From IMG/VR virus record IMGVR_UViG_3300032083_002429, positions 1 through 55,248 of that record: a stretch of 55,248 nt of DNA, one strand, 5' to 3'. Below are positions 48,071 to 55,248 of this stretch, piece after piece. Position 1 is the first letter of the stretch. Each line of letters begins with the position of its first letter. Source of the stretch: a virus. Taxonomy: Duplodnaviria; Caudoviricetes. A program made the position numbers and the translations under genes. The notes beneath the pieces were generated by a model that did no database searches, was not told the origin of the DNA, and saw only the letters and a list, made by a program, of their open reading frames with translations.

Positions 48071-48898
48071 ATGGCAGATAGAATTAATCCAGAAACAGTC
48101 GAGACAGTTAAAGCAATAAGAGAATGGGAGAGAAAAAATAATTTCAAAGAGGCCTGTGATCTTCCGGGATTCACATCGTACAAGAACTATTTTGTGCCAG
48201 ACTCTATTGTGGAATCTAGCAAGACTGTTTTGACTTTTGGCGTAGGTGGTAATGTTGGCTTTGAGAAATTAGTGGCATTTGCCAACAAGGATATACATGT
48301 TGAGATGTATGATCCTACTCCATGGAGTGTGTCTCTGATAGAACACATAGTAGACAGATCAAGCAGGAACACAATCAACGCTGGAACAGGATGGACCGGC
48401 AACACTGCTAGAAACAAGGCAGTTGTTAAAAGAATACATTTTAATCCCGTTGCATATGCTCCAGAGAATGGCACACTGCCGTTCTACTATGATCCGGCTC
48501 GCGAGTCCGAGGGAGAAACAATATCAATGCAACAACAAAGTTTTTCCTTAATAAAAAGACAAGATCACTTTAAGTCATTAAACGTAAAAGCTAAAAATTT
48601 ACAATCCATATTGGAAGCACTTGGACTAACAAGTGTTGACATCATTAAAGCAGACATAGAAGGACTATGGTGGGATTTCGGCAACGAAATTCTAGACAAA
48701 AAGATAAACTGTAAGTTTATAGCACTTGAGTTAGAATTGAATTTTGAGAAGGACGGGAAGGTCGAAACAGCACTAGAAAAAGCACAGATACTGTGTGACA
48801 AGTTTAAAGAAAACAACTACGACATTGTGATAAACAGGAGAAGAGAGAAGCTGATGTTAGAAATGCTTTTCATAAAGAAAGACGCTTATGAAGGTTGA
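48071..48898 (+). CDS. FkbM-like methyltransferase (paralogue of 38922)
   Basis: TFGVGGNVGFE, YDPTP, DIIKADIEG. Confidence 0.7.
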   Translation: MADRINPETVETVKAIREWERKNNFKEACDLPGFTSYKNYFVPDSIVESSKTVLTFGVGGNVGFEKLVAFANKDIHVEMYDPTPWSVSLIEHIVDRSSRNTINAGTGWTGNTARNKAVVKRIHFNPVAYAPENGTLPFYYDPARESEGETISMQQQSFSLIKRQDHFKSLNVKAKNLQSILEALGLTSVDIIKADIEGLWWDFGNEILDKKINCKFIALELELNFEKDGKVETALEKAQILCDKFKENNYDIVINRRREKLMLEMLFIKKDAYEG

Positions 48899-49871
48899 GA
48901 TATTCAGGAGAACAGTAAAAGATCGTAAACGTGGTAACAGTTGGGAACTGCTGTATCATTTAGCGGAAGGAATCAAGGCCGCAGGAGACGAAGCCGTTAT
49001 TGTCAACGAAGATAGGTCCGGGCCCACTGTCAAAGGTGAGATGACTCCAACAGCGCCAATGGCCGCCATGTTTGGATACGGGGGTGATCAACAGATGCAC
49101 CACACCAAAGGCAGGCGTAGGGAACTGGCAGACAACTGCAGGGCCAAGAAAATCCCATTGATCACATTTGACGGTGGACTGTTATCTAGTTTTGGTAATG
49201 TTTCGACATCACCTGATCATCATTTCAGGGTGTCCTTGTACACGCCAATGAACGACGGCGACTTCCTATCAGATAACAGTCCTAGCGATCGTTGGGAGAT
49301 GTTGGTCAAAAAATTTGATGTGAAGCACGAACCATGGAGAAAATCTAATCAAGACGATCCAATCATATTTGTAATGCAACCGAAGGACAACTGGAGCATG
49401 AATGAACTGGATCCGATAGATTGGTTCAACGGAGTCTATGAAAAACTAAGACCGGCGACAAGTAGGAAATTTATTGTGCGGCCTCATCCAAACAATGTGT
49501 CAAACATTCTAGAACGTGAGAATGAACTACCCGACGATGTTGAAATTCAATACACACAAAAAAATTTTGTTGGTGACGAAAAAAAATATTACAGATTCCA
49601 TTTTCAAGAAGCCATTTCAAATGCACACGCTGTTGTAACCCATAACAGTACAGCTAGTGTTGACAGTTGCATCAGGGGTATACCAACTTTCTGCACATCG
49701 GATCTGGCATTGTGTTGGGACGTTTGTAACAAAGATCTCAACGACATAGAAACACCAAAGACCCCAGACAGGACACAATGGGTCAATGACCTTGGATACA
49801 AGCTATGGAGTATACAGGAGATCAAAGACGGCACTGTGTACAAAAGATTCAAAGAAAGATTAGGATTGTAA
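48888..49871 (+). CDS. KpsS/KpsC-like GT-B protein (paralogue 3)
   Basis: FIVRPHP, AVVTHNSTASVDSCIRGIPTF. Confidence 0.7.
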   Translation: MKVEIFRRTVKDRKRGNSWELLYHLAEGIKAAGDEAVIVNEDRSGPTVKGEMTPTAPMAAMFGYGGDQQMHHTKGRRRELADNCRAKKIPLITFDGGLLSSFGNVSTSPDHHFRVSLYTPMNDGDFLSDNSPSDRWEMLVKKFDVKHEPWRKSNQDDPIIFVMQPKDNWSMNELDPIDWFNGVYEKLRPATSRKFIVRPHPNNVSNILERENELPDDVEIQYTQKNFVGDEKKYYRFHFQEAISNAHAVVTHNSTASVDSCIRGIPTFCTSDLALCWDVCNKDLNDIETPKTPDRTQWVNDLGYKLWSIQEIKDGTVYKRFKERLGL

Positions 49872-51589
49872 TGTGTGGCATATACGGTATAACAGCAGAA
49901 GATCCTGAGTTCATACAGAACTTTATAAAAGTTTGTAAGCACAGAGGCCCCGACGGAGAACGTGTGTGGTGGGATGAAACAGTGACCCTCGGACATAATT
50001 TATTAAGCATCATGGCAAATCCGGACCTATCAAGACAACCATGGAAGACACCCAAGGGTAACATGCTTGTATACAATGGTGAGATATTCAACTACTACGA
50101 ACTGAAAGAGAAATACAAAGACTTCAATGATACAACTGGTTGTGACACAGAACTACTTGCGTGGGGTTTGGACAAGTTTGGTTTGAACTTTATTGATGAG
50201 ATAGATTCAATGCACGGCTTTGCTTACTATGAAGTTGACAAAGGCAGAATTACTTTAAGTAGGGATCATGCAGGAATCAAACCAGTGTACTATGCAGAAA
50301 TAAAAGAGGGACTAGTGTTTGGGTCGGAGATCAAAGGCATGTTAGACAAGGTTCCGGGCTCGAGGACATTATACAATGTGGCTGTTGATTTCCAGAACAA
50401 GACAGGAATTAATCCCCTAAGGGAGACAGTGTTCACAGGTATAAAAAAACTACTCGCCGGTGAAACTATTGTGTACGACATCGCACAAAAGAAAATTATA
50501 GATACAAAAAGAATATTCATTAGGCCGAACTGCAATATCAAATTTAAACCAGAAGAATTCAGAAAGCAATTACATCAAGCAGTCAAAAGGTGTTCGATAG
50601 GACAAAGAAAGATAGGAGTGTTCTTGAGCGGTGGTCTGGACTCTGGCGTGGTGGCACATGAGCTAATGAAGGTCAAGGGTGAGGTAAACTCTTTCACAAA
50701 TAGAATAAGTCCGGAGGTTGTTGCAGATGAGGATTACAACAGTGACGCTAAGGTGGCAAAAATACTTGCGAAAAAAGAAGGTTACAATCATACAGAAGTT
50801 AAAGTAACACCCAAGGAATACATAAGCAACTGGAAAGATTCTATCTACTACATAGAAGAACCGATCCATAGTTCTGCTATGCCCATGTACTTCCACACAA
50901 ATAAAATATTGGCCAAGAACGATATAGTTGTGACCATTGCAGGAGATATGGGAGACGAAATACTAGGCGGCTATCCAAACTACCAGCAGATGTTCATGAT
51001 GAAAAACAGTATCAACAGTTGGAGTGATGTTTTGAAATTATGGTTCCGGAGATTGAAAGGACCTATCACGGATGAGGTAGTAGAATTATCTGATGAATAC
51101 CTCCTAGGAGAGTTTGCTAAATGTTATCCAGATGATTTATGGAATCCTGAAGATCCTGTCGCTTCCTACATGGCTTTAGATTGTGTAACGCAAGTGCCTG
51201 CAGATTTCTTCAGCAGGAATGACAAGTACGGCATGGCGCACAGCATGGAAGGACGTTTTCCATTGGCCTCAAAAATTTTCATGCAATACTGTTTAGATAT
51301 TCCAACAAAACATAAAGTCGGCAGTACTTCTGACCGTACAAAACTGCTAATAAAAAAAGCATATAGAAATATATTGCCTGATGAAGTCATAGGCAAATCA
51401 AAAACCGGATGGACAGTCCCTGTGGGATATTGGTTAACAGATAAACACGATGTTGAACTAGAGGCTTTTTATAAATCAGCCATGGGATCAGAGATTTTAG
51501 ACAAGGTAAGTTCTAATCAAAAAGCAAGTAAAAGATTGATACCCAGGTGGCTAGTAAAAGATTGGAGGGCAGAATATGATATTAAATAG
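49871..51589 (+). CDS. asnB: Asparagine-synthase-like glutamine amidotransferase
   Basis: Start MCGI (Ntn Cys2) at 49871; HRGPD, YNGEIFN, RDHAGIKP, LSGGLDS, GDMGDEILGGY. Confidence 0.9.
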   Translation: MCGIYGITAEDPEFIQNFIKVCKHRGPDGERVWWDETVTLGHNLLSIMANPDLSRQPWKTPKGNMLVYNGEIFNYYELKEKYKDFNDTTGCDTELLAWGLDKFGLNFIDEIDSMHGFAYYEVDKGRITLSRDHAGIKPVYYAEIKEGLVFGSEIKGMLDKVPGSRTLYNVAVDFQNKTGINPLRETVFTGIKKLLAGETIVYDIAQKKIIDTKRIFIRPNCNIKFKPEEFRKQLHQAVKRCSIGQRKIGVFLSGGLDSGVVAHELMKVKGEVNSFTNRISPEVVADEDYNSDAKVAKILAKKEGYNHTEVKVTPKEYISNWKDSIYYIEEPIHSSAMPMYFHTNKILAKNDIVVTIAGDMGDEILGGYPNYQQMFMMKNSINSWSDVLKLWFRRLKGPITDEVVELSDEYLLGEFAKCYPDDLWNPEDPVASYMALDCVTQVPADFFSRNDKYGMAHSMEGRFPLASKIFMQYCLDIPTKHKVGSTSDRTKLLIKKAYRNILPDEVIGKSKTGWTVPVGYWLTDKHDVELEAFYKSAMGSEILDKVSSNQKASKRLIPRWLVKDWRAEYDIK

Positions 51590-51598
51590 GAGTATATC

Positions 51599-52519
51599 AT
51601 GAAAACACTAGCAGTCGTTACAACGTTCCCACCAAACAGATGGACAGCATATGCAAAGAGAATGTTGGAAAGCCATATACAATACTGGCCAGATGATGTT
51701 GTACTGTATGCGTACCACGAAGGTGACAAACCAGAACTAGAGCATGACAAAATAAAATTTATACAGATAGAAGATGCCAACCCAGAGCTTGTTAAATTTA
51801 AACAAAGACACAAAAACGATCCCGTGGCCAACGGTGAGGTGGACGAGATCATCGGTGGTGTCAGGAGAAACCCCATGGCGGGAAAGAATGATAAAGGCAA
51901 GGGCTCATACCTATGGGACGCTGTGAGATTCTCCCACAAGACCTTTGCTGTGGACCATGCAATCAAGAACATAGACACAGATTATGTTTTATGGTTAGAT
52001 GCCGACACATACACATTCAGGCCAATCACAACAGAGTTTGTTACTGGGCTACTACCCGAAGATAAGCTCGTGAACTTCTTAGGGAGGGGTGAAAAATATC
52101 CAGAATGTGGGTGGGTGTGCTACAACAAGAAGCATCCAAAAATTACAGAATTCATGCAGTACTGGACAGACCTTTACATCAAAGACACCATATTCAAAGA
52201 GTTGGAATGGCACGACAGTTACCTGTTCTGGCAGTGTGTCAAACGTGTGGCACCCAACGACGGTGTGGACATAGGCAAAGGTGCAGGTGCCAAAGGACAT
52301 CATGTGTTCATCAACAGCGTGTTAGGAGCATACGTGGATCATATGAAAGGCAAAAGGAAAGTGCAAGGTAAAAGTAGCAAGAGTGACCTACGTGGAAACA
52401 GGAACGAGGACTACTGGAAGAACGTGGAGAACTACGATCCGTTCAGTGGTGTGAAGTTTGATCCAAAACAGGCCAGTGACATAGTGAGCAAAGTCGCAAA
52501 GGGCGACGAAGGAAACTAA
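51599..52519 (+). CDS. GT-A fold glycosyltransferase
   Basis: RFSHK, VLWLDAD (DxD), EWHDS, DHMKG; SD AGGAG. Confidence 0.7.
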   Translation: MKTLAVVTTFPPNRWTAYAKRMLESHIQYWPDDVVLYAYHEGDKPELEHDKIKFIQIEDANPELVKFKQRHKNDPVANGEVDEIIGGVRRNPMAGKNDKGKGSYLWDAVRFSHKTFAVDHAIKNIDTDYVLWLDADTYTFRPITTEFVTGLLPEDKLVNFLGRGEKYPECGWVCYNKKHPKITEFMQYWTDLYIKDTIFKELEWHDSYLFWQCVKRVAPNDGVDIGKGAGAKGHHVFINSVLGAYVDHMKGKRKVQGKSSKSDLRGNRNEDYWKNVENYDPFSGVKFDPKQASDIVSKVAKGDEGN

Positions 52520-53391
52520 TGAAAATAAGTTGTTTTACGGATTACGGACCACTGAACTCTAAACCTGTGTTTGAGGCATTCATGAAAAGCATGAGACAGG
52601 CCGGCGACACAGTGTTTGAGAACAAGGATGACGGACAGTGTGACGTCGCTGTCATATGGTCAGTGCTGTGGCAGGGCAGGATGGCCAAGTATCGCAACAT
52701 ATGGGACACCTATAGGAACAAAAATAAACCTGTTGTTGTTATAGAAGTGGGTGGCATAAAGAGAAATGAAACTTGGAAGATAGGAATTAATGGTGTAAAC
52801 AGAGAAGCAGATTTCCATAATGACAGCGTAGGTAGAGAACGTTGGGGTAAATTTAATGTGGAACTGAGGCCATGGAAGCAGACAGGCCATGATATAATTG
52901 TGTGTGGACAACACACGAACAGTCACCAGTGGAGGAACAATCCCCCGATGTCAAAATGGTTTGATCAACAGATAACAGAGATCAGGAAGTACACGGACAA
53001 GCCTATCATCATCAGGCCACATCCTAGGAATCATGTTTTAATAGACACTGCAAAATACAAGGATGTAAAAATAGTAGGACCTAAAAGAGATAGGAACACA
53101 TACGACGACACAGACCTCGCAGAGAGATTGAAGTCAGCATGGGCTGTGGTCAGTCACTCGAGCAATCCTGCCATGACGGCGGCGTTTGCAGGAATACCCG
53201 TGTATGTTTCCGAGGCCAGTCTGAGTTACGATGTTGGCAATAAAACATTCGAGAACATTAACAATCCTGACATGCCCGATAGACAAAACTGGGCAAACAA
53301 GCTATCATACACCGAATGGTGGACAGATGAGATAGAGCAAGGACTGCCATGGAAAAGAATTAAAAAGAGACTAGAGGAGAAATATCTATAA
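52519..53391 (+). CDS. KpsS/KpsC-like GT-B protein (paralogue 4)
   Basis: IEVG, IIIRPHP, AVVSHSSNPAMTAAFAGIPVY. Confidence 0.7.
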   Translation: MKISCFTDYGPLNSKPVFEAFMKSMRQAGDTVFENKDDGQCDVAVIWSVLWQGRMAKYRNIWDTYRNKNKPVVVIEVGGIKRNETWKIGINGVNREADFHNDSVGRERWGKFNVELRPWKQTGHDIIVCGQHTNSHQWRNNPPMSKWFDQQITEIRKYTDKPIIIRPHPRNHVLIDTAKYKDVKIVGPKRDRNTYDDTDLAERLKSAWAVVSHSSNPAMTAAFAGIPVYVSEASLSYDVGNKTFENINNPDMPDRQNWANKLSYTEWWTDEIEQGLPWKRIKKRLEEKYL

Positions 53392-54152
53392 TGACTATTT
53401 TAAGAAACTTGCCTGGTGCAAGACAATCGTTGGATCCCATACAATGGAAACCCTACGAGGGAGAGACAGTCAACACACATCTCACAATACGTAAGGGAAA
53501 GAAGATTCAGGAGACTGCCTACTATGAGGACAGGGTCAAGGCAGTGCCACGTGGCAATGCATACTGCATAGGTAACGGACCTTCACGTAAAGGATTTGAT
53601 CTTACCAGATTGACGGCAACAGGACAGACTTATGGATGTAACGCACTGTACAGAGATTTCGTTCCTGACTTTATTTTTTCAATAGACTCCCCTATAACAT
53701 TAACCATGGTCAACGACAAAGTCTATGAGAAGTGTATCCACTACTCTACTTCTCTAGAAGTTAATCGTTATCCAAAAGGTGGCCCATCACACCTACACCT
53801 GATCCCAAACAACCCACACTGGATATGTGGCAACCAGGCCATATGGACAGCAGGAGTACACGGACACAAGAACATATATCTACTGGGATTTGACTTTAGG
53901 GAGTACGGCAAGGGACAACTTAATAATATATACCAGGGCACAGAGAACTATGGAGAGCGGCATGCAGATACAATTTTTGATGGTTGGTTGAAACAGTTTC
54001 GGGACATGCTGAAATTACGACCGTATGTCAACTACGTTATGGTACACGACAACCCACCGGAGTACATGCACAACGTACAGACAGGCACCGACTTAGGCAA
54101 CAGTAAAATTATAAGTTACAAAGAGTTTGAAAAGGTATTAGCACCTAGCTAA
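53391..54152 (+). CDS. Maf/DUF115-like putative glycosyltransferase (paralogue of 2116)
   Basis: CIGNGPSR, YGCNALYRD..PD, IYLLGFDF, NNIYQGT.NY. Confidence 0.65.
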   Translation: MTILRNLPGARQSLDPIQWKPYEGETVNTHLTIRKGKKIQETAYYEDRVKAVPRGNAYCIGNGPSRKGFDLTRLTATGQTYGCNALYRDFVPDFIFSIDSPITLTMVNDKVYEKCIHYSTSLEVNRYPKGGPSHLHLIPNNPHWICGNQAIWTAGVHGHKNIYLLGFDFREYGKGQLNNIYQGTENYGERHADTIFDGWLKQFRDMLKLRPYVNYVMVHDNPPEYMHNVQTGTDLGNSKIISYKEFEKVLAPS

Positions 54153-54614
54153 ACGTAATCCTGCACGTCTAAATTTTTCTTTCCAAGCAAAGAAATTAGC
54201 GTTGTGATTAGAATAGGGATCCTGCAACCAAGCCATCTGATACAAGTGTACCATCTCGTGTGCTAGTGTTTCTATAAAGTCTTTCCATTTAGGAAACCTA
54301 TTGTTTATTTCAATGTAGTAGTCAACTTCTATATGATATGGAATTACCCTCTGATCGAATTTCCCTTTGGGTGTTTTCCTATTATCCCAATTGGCCACAC
54401 ATCTGCCCCAATCACAGTGTAATCTTTTTACCAACAATGGTACCATTGGTAATCTATTGTTGAATAGACCATTGTTCATGACTTTGAACCAGTGATATGC
54501 CTGTTGTTCTGTAGGGTTGAAACCAACTATATTTTTGTGTCTAGTCTGGGTGTTTTCCAACCTGACTTTTAGTTGTTTCCTAACATTTACCTTTTTATTT
54601 TTATACTTTTTCAT
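54138..54614 (-). CDS. SprT-like zinc metalloprotease
   Basis: LFNNRLP, ETLAHEMVH (HExxH), later HNANF; ATG start at 54614 preferred over TTG 54632. Confidence 0.8.
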   Translation of the reverse strand: MKKYKNKKVNVRKQLKVRLENTQTRHKNIVGFNPTEQQAYHWFKVMNNGLFNNRLPMVPLLVKRLHCDWGRCVANWDNRKTPKGKFDQRVIPYHIEVDYYIEINNRFPKWKDFIETLAHEMVHLYQMAWLQDPYSNHNANFFAWKEKFRRAGLRLARC

Positions 54615-54616
54615 GG

Positions 54617-54644
54617 TTGACAGTATTACCAATTATGCTATACT
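54617..54644 (+). promoter_or_regulatory. sigma70-like promoter
   Basis: TTGACA-16 nt-TATACT with an extended TG. Confidence 0.7.
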
Positions 54645-54668
54645 ATATTAATAATTATCTAAAAACAC

Positions 54669-55248
54669 ATGGACAATATGCACACAGATTTGCCAAAAAC
54701 AATTAACGAAGCACTTAAAATACTAGCATATAATGATTATTTTTGGTCAGATCCCCAAAAGACTCATATCAAGCCCCATCCCAAAGATCAAGAGACTGTG
54801 AGATCTCTGGCTGAATCACAATATGTGTGGACGGAGAAGCAGGGCAGATTAGCATTGGTAATACTTAAAAGATACCTGACAAAGTTCCAGGCACACGGCA
54901 TGGACATCAAGTCATTGCTGGATAAACCTGTGTACGAAGACGAATTCAGAGTACTCAGCTTTGACAAAAGCATAGAAAAATTTATAGATGACGACGACCA
55001 GGAAAAAATTGAGGTCAAATTTCCATATAATAAAAAAATCATTACATTGATCAGATTATTGAAAGACAAAAGAGGATTGCCAGGAGGGTATGCACTGTAC
55101 GATGGTGAGGCAAAGAAATGGACTTTCCTACAGTCGGATGTAACAACATACTACCTCACGTTGATTGCAGTGCGTTACGATTTTAAATTCATAGACGAGA
55201 CATTGTTGGATGATTACGAAACAGTCAAACAGGAAATACAAGGATACA
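54669..55248 (+). CDS. Hypothetical protein, truncated by the window end (not in ORF track)
   Basis: MDNMHTDLPKTINEALKILAY...WTEKQGRLALVILKRY...IEVKFPYNKKII; frame appears open to the edge. Confidence 0.75.
   Translation, partial: MDNMHTDLPKTINEALKILAYNDYFWSDPQKTHIKPHPKDQETVRSLAESQYVWTEKQGRLALVILKRYLTKFQAHGMDIKSLLDKPVYEDEFRVLSFDKSIEKFIDDDDQEKIEVKFPYNKKIITLIRLLKDKRGLPGGYALYDGEAKKWTFLQSDVTTYYLTLIAVRYDFKFIDETLLDDYETVKQEIQGY

Noticed and set aside
49805-49870. N-terminal extension of the AsnB-like ORF in the track
   Set aside because: Ntn amidotransferases need Cys at position 2; the start is ATG49871, overlapping the upstream stop
38922-54152. Glycan cluster as contaminating host LPS or capsule DNA
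   Set aside because: It uses the phage TAAATA promoter layout, has a paralogue in the head module, lacks export genes and is continuous with phage genes

Overview
A 55-kb segment of a large, distantly T4-like contractile-tailed dsDNA phage. The host is unknown; a marine bacterium is plausible. It holds a head module (portal gp20, acidic core protein, protease gp21, scaffold gp22, major capsid gp23) and three fibre-like proteins. Then come neck and tail genes (gp15/gp14 on the minus strand, gp13, a 1142-aa sheath gp18, tube gp19, a tube-like baseplate protein, head-completion nuclease gp4), terminase genes and a gp32-UvsX-UvsY block. A ~15-kb cluster of about 17 genes encodes glycan-building and tailoring enzymes. 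Most notable: (1) six putative CMP-ulosonate-type transferases (4 KpsS/KpsC-like, 2 Maf/DUF115-like) plus methyl-, sulfo-, amido-, SGNH and 2OG enzymes, several under late-type promoters, suggest a virion glycan coat. (2) A KLAG[IVL] helix motif is shared by the scaffold and three unknown proteins, which carry gp21-type sites and one repeat-bounded insertion. (3) Many promoters lie 5-8 nt before a start codon (leaderless), while abundant virion genes have SD leaders. (4) A candidate small RNA after the capsid region is complementary to the head-operon RBS. (5) Two CHCC zinc-finger genes lie in tandem. All calls come from motif reading by eye; no database searches were run.
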